A DNA stretch of 64,000 nt, from contig CAUVXB020000001.1 of NCBI GenBank assembly GCA_963555825.3, positions 864,001 through 928,000 of the forward strand. Reading direction: 5' to 3'. The DNA is from Alphaproteobacteria bacterium (GTDB lineage: Bacteria > Pseudomonadota > Alphaproteobacteria > JAAXGF01). Shown here one piece after another: positions 1 through 9,687 of the stretch (positions are counted from its first letter, which is position 1; each line of letters opens with the position of its first letter). A program made the translations under genes and the position numbers. The notes below the pieces were generated by a model, which searched no databases, was not told where the DNA came from, and worked only from the letters and a program-made list of their open reading frames with translations.

Positions 1-556
1 CCATGTCGGTGAGATCATCACCCATGCCCCCAACCTCATGTGGGGCACGGACGGCGTTCGGGTGTTCACGGTGGACGACGGCTGGGGCTGGATATTCACC
101 GCCATCGAGCATTGGAACGCCGAGTGCGTCGGCTGGCATGTGTGCAAGCGAGGCGACCGCTTCGCCGCCCTTCAGCCGATCTCCATGGGGCTTGCGAGGC
201 TGTATGCCTCGACCTCCGCCGGTGCGGCGCGGGGGCTGGCCTTGCGGATGGATCACGGCTCCCAGTATCTGTCGGACCACTTCACCAACCAGATCAAGTT
301 CTGGGGCATCCAGCCGTCCTACGCCTTCGTCGAACAGCCCCAGACCAACGGCGTCGCCGAGAGGTTCAATCGCACGCTCAAGGAACAGATCATCCATGGC
401 CGCATCTACCGCAACATCGCGGAGCTGCGGAACGCCGTCCGCGGGTTCGTCGAACAGTACAATGCCCAGTGGATCGTGGAGAAGAACGGCTACCTGAGCC
501 CCGCTCAAGCTCGTCAGGCGTGGCACACCGCGATGTCACTCAGGCCCGCCGCATGA
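1..556 (+). CDS. Integrase-core (rve) DDE transposase OrfB, 5' partial
   Basis: WGTD...MDHGSQY...QTNGVAERFNRTLKE DDE motifs. Confidence 0.93.
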   Translation, partial: HVGEIITHAPNLMWGTDGVRVFTVDDGWGWIFTAIEHWNAECVGWHVCKRGDRFAALQPISMGLARLYASTSAGAARGLALRMDHGSQYLSDHFTNQIKFWGIQPSYAFVEQPQTNGVAERFNRTLKEQIIHGRIYRNIAELRNAVRGFVEQYNAQWIVEKNGYLSPAQARQAWHTAMSLRPAA

Positions 557-591
557 GACAAACTTGTGTCCAAGGAACCGGGTGCGATACA
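1..591 (+). mobile_element. Right part of two-ORF IS3/IS481-like element (copy 1, runs off window)
   Basis: Reverse complement of the copies at 35623 and 37227; ends ...TGTGTCCAAGGAACCGGGTGCGATACA at 591. Confidence 0.93.
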
Positions 592-2356
592 GGCTGGATT
601 ATAATTGTGCATGTTTACTTTACGCGACCGACGGACTGGGGAATTGTTTGATCGCTGGTCCGATTTCGGGGACAAACGTCGGCGCCTGATGGAGCAATCC
701 TGGGCCGGGGTTTTTCGGAACCATCTGCTTGTCGAACTTCCGGTTGACGATCTTTGCCGTCACCTTGATGAACGCATGGGCCGACCATCGAAGGATCTAC
801 ACGTTGTCATCGGGGTCTTGCTTTTGCAGCAGCTGCACGATCTGAGCGATGCAGAGACCGTCGAGGCCCTGGCCTTCAATATGGCGTGGCACTATGCCTT
901 GGACGTGCGCAGCGAAGCGGACAGCTATTTCTGTGAGAAAACCCTGCGCAACTATCGCCGTCTGTTTATCGAACAAGGTCTCGATGAATTGCTGTTCCGG
1001 TGTTTGACGGATCGGCTGGTGCAGGGGTTCTCTGTCGATACCAGCCACCAACGCATGGATTCGACGGCCCTTCGTTCGGCAATGCGGGCGCTGACACGAC
1101 TTGGTATCGTTGTTGAGAGCATCTCGAAGTTTGCCCGTGAGCTTGAGCGATATCATCCCGGTCTGCACGAGCAGATCAGCAAGGAGGTGATCCGCCGCTA
1201 TGTCGATCGCGAGGGTAATGGCGCGTTCGCGAATACGGCGCCGAGTGTTTCAAAACGGCGCCTCGGCGAAGCGGGTCAGTATCTCCTAGCCCTGGTGCTG
1301 CAATTCCGTGACACGGCGGCGGCAAAGCTTTCCAGTTTTGCGATCCTGGAGAGGGTTCTGCGCGATCAGTTCGAGATCGTTGATGATGAGTATGGCGATC
1401 GTGACGCAACGCGCGCCGCGATTCGAGATCCAAAGGATGTGCCGTGCGATACCGTCGGCAATCCGGCCGACCCGGACGCGAGCTACAACGCGCACAAGGG
1501 TCAAGGATACATGGCGCAGATCGTCGAAACCTATTGTGAAGATGTCAGTAACGAGGCGGTTGCCGCGACACCGGACCTCATCACCCACGTGGAGGTCCAC
1601 AAGATGACGGTGCATGACGGCCATCGCTTAGCCGATGCGCTGGATGATCTGAGCGAGCGCGCGCTGACGCCGGCGGTGATGCTGGGTGATTCACATTACG
1701 GTTCCAGTGACAACATGGCTCTGACGCGCGAACAGAACATCAATCTCGTGGCGCCCGCACGACCGCCGAAAGGCGCCGTCTCGGGACGGTTGACGTTGGA
1801 GGATTTCACTCTCAACGAAGAAGGCTTGGTCTTGCGCTGTCCCAATAACGTCGAACCGGTTTCAGCCTCGCTCGCCAAAGCCAAGCTGCAGGCCCGTTTC
1901 GACCTCTCCATCTGCCAAAAATGTCCCGATATACTGCGATGTCCCGTGCAGGCGGCCAAGCGTGACGGCCAATTTTCCCGCTTTCAATATACCCCGGCCA
2001 GGGCTGCCAACCAAAAGCGCCGGCTTTATGAACAAAGCGATGCCTTCCGCAACGTCTACAGATGGCGGGCCGGCATAGAAGCGACCATGTCGCGATTAAA
2101 GTACCAGATGAACCTGGCTCACCTACGCATTCGCGGCATGCCGGCCATGCGCTACGTGGTCAATCTGCGTGCCCTCGGCCTCAATATCCGACGCTGCGCG
2201 GCAATCGCACCATAAAAAACGAAGCCAAGGAGAAGCCAAGGGTAGGTAATATCAGGTTTTATCCACCAGCAACGCGGAGACAGGCAAATATTCTTCACCG
2301 AACCGCAAAGACCTGTACAAGCACGCCATCGGCCAACAACTTTTTACCGCCCCGTC
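592..2356 (+). mobile_element. IS1182-like element copy 1; first 36 bp displaced by the upstream IS
   Basis: Matches nt 37-1801 of copies 2 and 3; right IR ACTTTTTACCGCCCCGTC ends at 2356. Confidence 0.92.
611..2215 (+). CDS. IS1182-family DDE transposase
   Basis: N-terminal GRPS..LLLQQLHDLSDAE (DUF772-like), MDST, GDSHYG, C-terminal YRWRAGIEATMSRLK. Confidence 0.88.
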   Translation: MFTLRDRRTGELFDRWSDFGDKRRRLMEQSWAGVFRNHLLVELPVDDLCRHLDERMGRPSKDLHVVIGVLLLQQLHDLSDAETVEALAFNMAWHYALDVRSEADSYFCEKTLRNYRRLFIEQGLDELLFRCLTDRLVQGFSVDTSHQRMDSTALRSAMRALTRLGIVVESISKFARELERYHPGLHEQISKEVIRRYVDREGNGAFANTAPSVSKRRLGEAGQYLLALVLQFRDTAAAKLSSFAILERVLRDQFEIVDDEYGDRDATRAAIRDPKDVPCDTVGNPADPDASYNAHKGQGYMAQIVETYCEDVSNEAVAATPDLITHVEVHKMTVHDGHRLADALDDLSERALTPAVMLGDSHYGSSDNMALTREQNINLVAPARPPKGAVSGRLTLEDFTLNEEGLVLRCPNNVEPVSASLAKAKLQARFDLSICQKCPDILRCPVQAAKRDGQFSRFQYTPARAANQKRRLYEQSDAFRNVYRWRAGIEATMSRLKYQMNLAHLRIRGMPAMRYVVNLRALGLNIRRCAAIAP

Positions 2357-2372
2357 GATCATCTCACATCAC

Positions 2373-3854
2373 TCAATCCGGGCTAACTGATAGGTTTGAG
2401 CCGTCACGCCGAAGCGCGCGGCCGGTACGCGCGCCCGTCGCCGCGCCCGATTGCCAGGCGATCGTGCCGTTGACGATGACCGTCTCGATGCCGGCGGCCG
2501 GCTGGATCGGGTCGTCGAAGGTGGCGCGGTCGATCACCGTTTCCGCGTCGAACACCGTGACGTCGGCGAAGGCGCCTTCTGTGATCGTGCCCCGGCCGGC
2601 GAGCCTGAACACCCCGGCCGGCACGCCGGTCATGCGGTGCACCGCTTCTTCGAGCGGGAACAACCCGAGATCGCGGCAATAGTGGCCGAGCACGCGCGGG
2701 AATGTGCCCCACAATCGGGGGTGCGGCTTCTCGTCGTGCGGCAGGCCGTCGGAGCCGATCATCGCGCGCGGGAAGGCGATGATGCGCTGCAGGTCGGCCT
2801 CGTCCATCGAAAAGTAAATGGCGCCGGCCGGCATCAGGCGCTCTGCGGCCGCATCGCGCGTTAGGCCCCAATCGGCGGCGATCTCACCCAGGTCGCGACC
2901 GGCGCAGTCGGGGTGCGGCGTCGACCAGGTGACCAGCACGCGCTCGCTCTTCTCGATGAAGTCGGGCAGCAGCGATGTCGAGCTGGCGATGTAGGGATAG
3001 ACGTCGAGGTCGAGCGTCTGTCCCTGCTGGGCGGCGGCAATGTGCGGCAATGTCTCGCGCGTCCGGCCCCAGTTCTGACGACCGTTGCACTTGTGGTGCG
3101 AGATGACGACTCGGACGCTAGCGCGCCGGCCGGTCTCGACGGTCTCCTCGATCGACTCGATGACGCGGTCGCCCTCGTCGCGCATATGCGTGGTGTAGAT
3201 CGCGCCGGCCGGCGCCAGACGTTCGGCCAGCGCCACCACCTCGTCGGTCGGCGCGGCCATGGCGGTCGGATAGGCGAGCCCGGTCGAGAGCCCGATCGCG
3301 CCGGCGTCGAGCGCATCGTCGAGCGCCTCCGCCATGCGCGCGATCTCGTCGGCAGTTGCCGGCCGCGCGAGGTCGTCCATCGCCGCGGCGCGCAGCGTCG
3401 AATGACCGACCAGGCAGGCGAGATTGACGGCCGGCGGTTCACGGTCGAGCGTGTCGAGATAATCGCCAAAACACGCGAAGCGGTACCAGTCGCGGTCGCC
3501 CAACAAATCCATCGGCGGTGGCGGCGCGCGGTCGAGCACCAGCGGCGCGAGGCTGACCCCGCAGTTGCCGACGACCACCGAGGTGACGCCCTGGCTCACC
3601 TTGGGCGTCATGCCGGGATTTGAAAGCGCGAGCCGGTCGTCATGGGTATGCGCGTCGATGAAGCCCGGCGCGACGATGCGCCCCGCGGCGTCGATCGTGA
3701 CGTCGGCCGCAGTACCGCCGAGGTCGCCGACGGCGGCGATGCGGTCGCCGCTGATCGCAACGTCGGCGCGACAGCGCGCGGCACCGGTGCCGTCGATCAC
3801 CTCGCCGCCCCGGATCAGCACGTCACAGCGTTCGAGTTTCTTGCCTTCCATCAC
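2373..3854 (-). CDS. N-acyl-D-amino-acid deacylase (D-aminoacylase, amidohydrolase)
   Basis: PGFIDAHTHDD, GVTSVVVGNCGVS, GSDG..PHPRLWGTFPRVLG. Confidence 0.9.
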   Translation of the reverse strand: MMEGKKLERCDVLIRGGEVIDGTGAARCRADVAISGDRIAAVGDLGGTAADVTIDAAGRIVAPGFIDAHTHDDRLALSNPGMTPKVSQGVTSVVVGNCGVSLAPLVLDRAPPPPMDLLGDRDWYRFACFGDYLDTLDREPPAVNLACLVGHSTLRAAAMDDLARPATADEIARMAEALDDALDAGAIGLSTGLAYPTAMAAPTDEVVALAERLAPAGAIYTTHMRDEGDRVIESIEETVETGRRASVRVVISHHKCNGRQNWGRTRETLPHIAAAQQGQTLDLDVYPYIASSTSLLPDFIEKSERVLVTWSTPHPDCAGRDLGEIAADWGLTRDAAAERLMPAGAIYFSMDEADLQRIIAFPRAMIGSDGLPHDEKPHPRLWGTFPRVLGHYCRDLGLFPLEEAVHRMTGVPAGVFRLAGRGTITEGAFADVTVFDAETVIDRATFDDPIQPAAGIETVIVNGTIAWQSGAATGARTGRALRRDGSNLSVSPD

Positions 3855-3906
3855 ACCTTCATATCGCTCCTGGCTTGATTATGGAACGCCAGCGACGAAA
3901 GTCGAC

Positions 3907-4680
3907 TCAACCGCCCTGCAGTTCGGCGAGGAAGGCACGGATGCGCTTGGCGTTGATGCCGACGTCGCTGCCGCCGACGCGTGACTTCGAGCGGATGTCG
4001 ACGCGGCTGCCCTCGCCCGTCAGGGTCACGCGGATCACCACGTCGTCGACAAAACCGAACCAGAAGGATGTGTCGCTCGCCTCGATGCGGCCTTCGTCGG
4101 GTGCCGCGGCGACGATCTCCCAGCCCTGCCCGCGCGCCGCGGCGAGCGCGCGCTCATAGGCGGTGATCGGCGCGACGGCGAGCAGCGCCGGGCCGATATC
4201 GGGATAGGCCCGGTCCTGCTGCACGGCCACCGCTCGTCCTGCGTAGCCGGGCGGGTTCGGCGCGCCGGCGCGCAGCGGCAAAATGGCGACGAAGGCGGGC
4301 GGGTCGGCGGTGTCGGTGGTGATGTCGTGGATCGCCGGCACCTCCCGCGCCGCCTCGCGCCAGCTATAGGGGATGTTGGCGATCGCGATGCCGAGGATGA
4401 TGCCGGCGAGCGCCAGCGGGAGGGATTTGGCATTGCGCTGGATCAGCACAGCGACCGCGCCGGCGAGCGAGACGGCGGCGCCGGCCAGCCCGATATAGAC
4501 CGCCCAGCGCAGCATGGCGAATCCAACGCCGAGACCCCACAACTGCACGCGATAGCCCGGCCCGGCGGCCACCAGAACGAGGGCCGCAACGATTGCCACC
4601 GCGAGGCCGAGCAGCGCGATCTTCGAGCGCTGCCGGCCGCCTTCAGCTACCGCATCTCCCACGACCAGCCCTCCCATCAC
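3907..4680 (-). CDS. DUF1499 membrane protein
   Basis: Three N-terminal hydrophobic helices, IHDITTD, FGFVDDVVIRV, DIRSKSRVGGSDVGINAKRI. Confidence 0.85.
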   Translation of the reverse strand: MMGGLVVGDAVAEGGRQRSKIALLGLAVAIVAALVLVAAGPGYRVQLWGLGVGFAMLRWAVYIGLAGAAVSLAGAVAVLIQRNAKSLPLALAGIILGIAIANIPYSWREAAREVPAIHDITTDTADPPAFVAILPLRAGAPNPPGYAGRAVAVQQDRAYPDIGPALLAVAPITAYERALAAARGQGWEIVAAAPDEGRIEASDTSFWFGFVDDVVIRVTLTGEGSRVDIRSKSRVGGSDVGINAKRIRAFLAELQGG

Positions 4681-4798
4681 CGCCTGAAAACTGTAGTCTA
4701 GGAAACCCGGCGGCCCGAGTCGAACCGCGACCTCGCACCGTTGGCCAATCTTGTGTTACCTGTTGGCGTCAAAGAATGCGCAGTAGGGGTGCGGCGCC

Positions 4799-6001
4799 AT
4801 GGAGCAGATCATCACCATTCGGAATGGCGAGTGCGTGACGCCGACCTTCTCGGCGGCCGAGATGGGCGCACGGCTCGCCACGCTGCGCGCCCATATGGCC
4901 GAAAACGACATCGGTCATGTGCTGTTCACTTCGTATCACAGCATCAACTACTACGCCGATTTCCTCTACTGCTCGTTTGGTCGGCCCTACGCGCTGGTGG
5001 TGAACCAGGACAAGTCGATCACGATTTCGGCCAATATCGACGGCGGCCAGCCGTGGCGCCGCAGCTTCGGCGACAACGTCATCTACACCGACTGGCAACG
5101 CGACAATTACTTCCGCGCGATCCAGCGCGAGATCGCCGATGGCGGCCGGCTCGGCATCGAGCTCGACCACATCACCGTGCAGAACTTCAAGAAGCTGGGC
5201 GACGCGCTGCCCGGCTCGGAATTCGTCGACATCGCCGCCGCCGCCATGCGCATGCGCATGGTCAAGTCCGACGAGGAGATCGCGCTGATCCGCCACGGCG
5301 CGCGCATCGGCGACATCGGCGGCGCGGCCTGCGTCGAGGCGATCGCCGTTGGCGTGCCCGAGCACGAGGTCGCGCTCGCCTCGACCCGCGCCATGGTGCG
5401 CGAGATCGCCAAGACCTACCCGCACGCCGAGCTGATGGATAGCTGGACCTGGTTCCAGTCGGGCATCAACACCGACGGCGCACACAACCCGGTGACCTCG
5501 AAGCGCATCGCTCGCGGCGACATCCTCAGCCTCAACTGCTTTCCGATGATCGCCGGTTATTACACCGCGCTCGAGCGCACGCTGTTCTGCGAGGCGGCCT
5601 CGGACCGGCACCTCGAGCTCTGGAACATCAACTGTGACGTCCACCGCCGCGGCCTCGCGCTGATCCGCCCCGGCGCGCGCTGCTGCGACATCGCCGCCGA
5701 GCTGAACGAGATCTACCTCGAACACGACGTGTTGCAGTACCGCAGCTTCGGCTACGGCCACTCGTTCGGCGTGCTGTGCCACTACTACGGCCGCGAGGCG
5801 GGGCTCGAGCTGCGCGAGGACATCGAGACCGTGCTCGAGCCCAACATGGTGATTTCGATGGAGCCGATGATCATGCTGCCCGAGACCATGCCGGGCGCCG
5901 GCGGCTACCGCGAGCACGACATCTTGGTGGTCACCGAGGACGGCGCCGACAACATCACCAAGTTCCCCTTCGGCCCCGAACACAACATCGTCGCCAAATG
6001 A
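4799..6001 (+). CDS. Creatinase (creatine amidinohydrolase, M24 fold)
   Basis: GQPWRRSFGDNVIYTDWQRDNY, FQSGINTDGAHNP, GYGHSFGVLCHYYGREAGLELRED are typical of creatinases. Confidence 0.9.
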   Translation: MEQIITIRNGECVTPTFSAAEMGARLATLRAHMAENDIGHVLFTSYHSINYYADFLYCSFGRPYALVVNQDKSITISANIDGGQPWRRSFGDNVIYTDWQRDNYFRAIQREIADGGRLGIELDHITVQNFKKLGDALPGSEFVDIAAAAMRMRMVKSDEEIALIRHGARIGDIGGAACVEAIAVGVPEHEVALASTRAMVREIAKTYPHAELMDSWTWFQSGINTDGAHNPVTSKRIARGDILSLNCFPMIAGYYTALERTLFCEAASDRHLELWNINCDVHRRGLALIRPGARCCDIAAELNEIYLEHDVLQYRSFGYGHSFGVLCHYYGREAGLELREDIETVLEPNMVISMEPMIMLPETMPGAGGYREHDILVVTEDGADNITKFPFGPEHNIVAK

Positions 6002-6555
6002 GGCGCAGCGCGCCCGACGTCCTGTTGGCTACCGAACGGCTGACGCTCCGCCGCTTCACCGCCGCCGACGCCGGTGACCTCCAGGCGCTGGATTCGGATC
6101 CCGAGGTCATTCGCTACAGCAGCGACGGGCTGAGCGGCGTGCCGCGCGACCGCGCTGCGACGTCGGAGAGGCTCGAGGAATTCATCGCCCGCTACGACCG
6201 TGACGGCGCCTCCGCCTTCTGGGCCGCCGAAGATCGCGCGAGTCGCGCCTTCCTCGGCTGGTTCCAGTTCACGCCGACTGACAATCAGGGCGAGGCCGAA
6301 CTCGGCTTCCGCCTCGTCAGGGCGGCGTGGGGCCACGGGCTGGCCACGGAAGGTGCGCGGGCCCTGGTCGAGATGGGTTTCCGCGACCTCGGCGTCACGC
6401 GCATCGTTTCATCGGCGCTCGCGGCCAACGCCGCCTCGATCCGGGTGATGGAGAAGGCCGGGTTGCGCCTCGCGCGCGAGTTCACCCACGAGCCCGGCGG
6501 CCCAGCGCTCGAATACGCGCTGACGCGGGGTGAATTCGCGGCGTCGGCGCCCTAA
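5998..6555 (+). CDS. GNAT N-acetyltransferase (RimJ/RimL type)
   Basis: ATGA overlap with creatinase stop; TERLTLRRF, WGHGLATEGA, NAASIRVMEKAG. Confidence 0.88.
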   Translation: MRRSAPDVLLATERLTLRRFTAADAGDLQALDSDPEVIRYSSDGLSGVPRDRAATSERLEEFIARYDRDGASAFWAAEDRASRAFLGWFQFTPTDNQGEAELGFRLVRAAWGHGLATEGARALVEMGFRDLGVTRIVSSALAANAASIRVMEKAGLRLAREFTHEPGGPALEYALTRGEFAASAP

Positions 6556-7373
6556 CCCTTGGTCGCCACCGCGTAGATGACGTTGGTCTCGATCTCGCGC
6601 ACGTCGTGCTCGCGCAGCCAGCCGACGGTCTCGCCGCGCACGCGCGCGACGTGCAGCGGGTCCATCTGCTCGACCCTGCCGCGCGCGCCCGAGCCGAGCA
6701 CGATGGTCCACCAGTCCTCAGGCCGGCTAAGCGTCTGGACGCCGTCCTCTGTGGCGATCTCGGCGTGCGGAATGCCGGCCTCGCGCAGCACCTCGGCGAG
6801 CGTCTCGGGATCGCTCAGACGATCCCACGGCTTATCCGTCGCGTAGAGGTCGGGACGCTCGCGCCTGACCGCTTCCAGCCAGACCGAGCCGATCGGCTCG
6901 AACCGGCGCGGCCCCCAATTCGTGATGGCGAGCTTGCCGCCCGGGCGCACCATGCGCCACAGCTCGCGCACCTGGTCGGCGATATCGGCCGCGAAGAAGA
7001 TGCTGAAGACGCTGATTACGGCATCGAACGCGCCGTCGGCGAAGCCCAGGTCCGCCATGTCGCCGAGCCGGAACTCGACGTTGATCAGCCCGCGGTTGGC
7101 GGCCTTGTCGCGGCCCAGCTCGAGCAGCCGCTCGGCGAGGTCGACGCCGATGACGTGCCCCCTCGGGCCGACGATCTCGGCCGCCGGCAGCGCCGAGGCG
7201 CCCGAGCCACAGCCGACGTCGAGCACCTCGGCGCCGGGCGCCAGGCCGAGCCGGGTGACCGTGCGCCGGCCGTAGCGCGCCCAGAACGCCAGCGGGTTGT
7301 CGTCGTAATGATCGGCGGCGACGTTATAGACGTTCGCGGCCTTGGCCTTCTCGGGGTCGGTCGGTCCGCCCAT
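6552..7373 (-). CDS. Class I SAM-dependent methyltransferase (UbiE-like)
   Basis: VLDVGCGSG motif I, GVDLA, GDMADL. Confidence 0.88.
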   Translation of the reverse strand: MGGPTDPEKAKAANVYNVAADHYDDNPLAFWARYGRRTVTRLGLAPGAEVLDVGCGSGASALPAAEIVGPRGHVIGVDLAERLLELGRDKAANRGLINVEFRLGDMADLGFADGAFDAVISVFSIFFAADIADQVRELWRMVRPGGKLAITNWGPRRFEPIGSVWLEAVRRERPDLYATDKPWDRLSDPETLAEVLREAGIPHAEIATEDGVQTLSRPEDWWTIVLGSGARGRVEQMDPLHVARVRGETVGWLREHDVREIETNVIYAVATKG

Positions 7374-7529
7374 GGCTGGGCCCCTCGACGATGTGGATAG
7401 CGACCTCCGATCGTAGCAGAATTCCGGCCACGCGGATTGCTCGGGCCGCGCCTACACGAAGATGTGACGCGGCGCAGGCCTCGAAGCGCGCCATAATCGG
7501 CTGACGAATGTGGAATTGGAGGTGCGGCC

Positions 7530-8264
7530 ATGACAGGGGCAAGGGCGCTGGCAGGCGCCGTGGTCACCGTCGGCCTGCTGGCGCAGGCGGTCCTTGCGAA
7601 CCCCGCCCGGGCGGACGAAACGATCGAGGCCTTCCTGGCCCGCGTCGAGGCGGCCTATGCCGCGCCCGACCCGGCGGCCGCGATGGCCGAGCTCTTTCAT
7701 CTCGAGGGCGTCGATGCGGAGACGCGCGAAACTTACGACACGAGACTGATTCCTCACTTGCTGCGCGGGCATGACGCGCCGACCGTCGGCACCGAGCCGG
7801 TGCCCGACGATTTCGACCCGCTCTACGTGCTGAACGGCTATGAATACCGCCCCAACCTGGCGCCACTCGGCTACGTGGTGATCGACGGCACGACCAAGGC
7901 GGTCTACGGCCGGCGCGACGATGGTCGCTACTACTTCGTCGGCACGACCCGCACGGCGGTCAACCCCGACGGACCGCCCGACCGCATGCTGCAGATGATG
8001 CTGGTCGGTCAGGCCAGCCCGCCGGTCAACTACACCGGCCATTGCGACGTCATGCAGAGCAACGGCAAGATCAAGCGCATGGAGCTCGAGGACAACGGCC
8101 ACGGCAACACCACCGCGATCATCATGGGCCAGTACATCGAGCGCTGCGAAGTGACCAATGATTCGGCCCGCGGCTCGCTTTGGCTCAGACTCCAGGAGGG
8201 CGAGGAGACGGTCTTCGACGAGCGCATCGAGACGCCGGCGACGCGGCTCAGCTACCGCCGCTAG
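7530..8264 (+). CDS. Hypothetical secreted protein
   Basis: Signal-peptide-like N-terminus (..ANPARA), GGAGG RBS, high GC3; TAG stop lies in the CTAG IS630 target. Confidence 0.7.
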   Translation: MTGARALAGAVVTVGLLAQAVLANPARADETIEAFLARVEAAYAAPDPAAAMAELFHLEGVDAETRETYDTRLIPHLLRGHDAPTVGTEPVPDDFDPLYVLNGYEYRPNLAPLGYVVIDGTTKAVYGRRDDGRYYFVGTTRTAVNPDGPPDRMLQMMLVGQASPPVNYTGHCDVMQSNGKIKRMELEDNGHGNTTAIIMGQYIERCEVTNDSARGSLWLRLQEGEETVFDERIETPATRLSYRR

Positions 8265-9382
8265 TGTCCCGATTCCGAAGTTCGCATGATTTTCGCCTGC
8301 TGTTCAGCGATTTCGATTGTTCGGAGGCAGAAGCGCTGGATGGCGCCGAGGATGTCATCGGCGGATTTGGTCCATTTGAAGGGTTTGGGGTTCTGGTTTG
8401 TCGTGTCGATGTAGTCGAGGATGGTGCGCTCCAACTCCTTGGTGGAGCGATGGACGCCGCGCCTGATCTGCTTGTCGGTCAGCAGCCCGAACCAGCGCTC
8501 GACCTGGTTCAGCCAGGAGGCGCTGGTGGGTGTGAAATGGGCCTGCCAGCGCGGCCGTTTGGCGAACCAGTCGCGGATCGCCTTGGTCTTGTGGGTCCCG
8601 TAGTTGTCCATGACGATGTGGATGTCGAGATCAGCAGGGACGTTCGCCTCGACGAGGTCGAGGAATTTGCGGAACTCTCGGGCCCGATGGCGCGGGAAAC
8701 ATTTGCCGATGATCTCTCCCGTGGCGATGTCGAGGGCCGCGAAGAGAGAGGTCGTGCCGTGGCGCTTGTAGTCGTGGCTGCGCCGCTCCGCCTGCCCGGG
8801 GCGCATCGGCAAGAGGGGCTGGGAACGGTCCAGGGCCTGGATCTGGCTCTTTTCGTCGACACAGAGAACCAGGGCACGATCCGGCGGCGCCAAATACAGA
8901 CCGACGATGTCGCGGACCTTCTCCACGAAGAAGGGATCGCTCGACAGCTTGAAGGTCTCCGAGCGATGCGGCTGCAAGCCGAAGGCCCGCCAGATGCGAT
9001 GAATGGTCGAGGGCGCGTGGCCGCTCGCCCGCGCCATCGAGCGAAGGCTCCAATGGGTCGCGTCCGGCGGCGTCTCTTCCAGCGTCAGCCGGACCGCTTC
9101 CGCGATGGCGTCATCGCCGATTTGACGCGGCGCGCCGGGGCGGGGTTCGTCGTACAGACCGTCGAGGCCCTCCGCCGCATAGCGGCGACGCCACTTGCCC
9201 ACGGTGTCCGCGCTCGCCTCGAGACGAACGGCGATCTCCTTGTTCTCCAACCCTTCCGCCGCCGCCAAGACGATCCGAGCCCGCCGCGCAAGCCCCTGCG
9301 ACGTCTTGCGACGACGAGACAGCGCCTCCAATTCGGCGCGCTCGTCATCGCTCAAAGAGATCGTCACCGCCACTCTCGCCAT
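8261..9382 (-). CDS. IS630 transposase
   Basis: [31 protein letters not shown]; stop codon uses the target TA. Confidence 0.95.
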   Translation of the reverse strand: MARVAVTISLSDDERAELEALSRRRKTSQGLARRARIVLAAAEGLENKEIAVRLEASADTVGKWRRRYAAEGLDGLYDEPRPGAPRQIGDDAIAEAVRLTLEETPPDATHWSLRSMARASGHAPSTIHRIWRAFGLQPHRSETFKLSSDPFFVEKVRDIVGLYLAPPDRALVLCVDEKSQIQALDRSQPLLPMRPGQAERRSHDYKRHGTTSLFAALDIATGEIIGKCFPRHRAREFRKFLDLVEANVPADLDIHIVMDNYGTHKTKAIRDWFAKRPRWQAHFTPTSASWLNQVERWFGLLTDKQIRRGVHRSTKELERTILDYIDTTNQNPKPFKWTKSADDILGAIQRFCLRTIEIAEQQAKIMRTSESGH

Positions 9383-9442
9383 CAATCGCGCCTCCTAAAA
9401 ACAAATAGAGACATAATCATATCAATTTATCGATCAGGACAC
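8264..9442 (-). mobile_element. IS630 family element copy 1 (1179 bp, TA duplication)
   Basis: Ends GTGTCCCGAT.../...ATCAGGACAC flanked by TA within CTAG; matches copy at 42218. Confidence 0.93.
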
Positions 9443-9597
9443 TAGAGCATAATTCGATCGATCGGAATCGATCGGATTATGCCAGCCTGCGACCGCAGGC
9501 CGCCGACCGTTCGGCCAGTCTTTGTGGGATATAGATTGGCCTGCGCGGCGATTGAGCGCAGGTCAGCTTTACGCGAGTCAAAGCTGACCGGACAATG
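9442..9597 (+). repeat. Structured intergenic repeat, copy A (one variable module)
   Basis: CTAGAGCAT start, hairpins, core GCCGACCGTTCGGC and GCGCGGCGATTGAGCGCAGGTCA shared with other copies. Confidence 0.85.
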
Positions 9598-9687
9598 AAG
9601 TAGAATACCCGTCAAAACATATCCAATTGGGCGGCCACCGATTACAATGGCGGCGTCTGCCATCGCAGCGCGCAGTGGAGCCCGACC

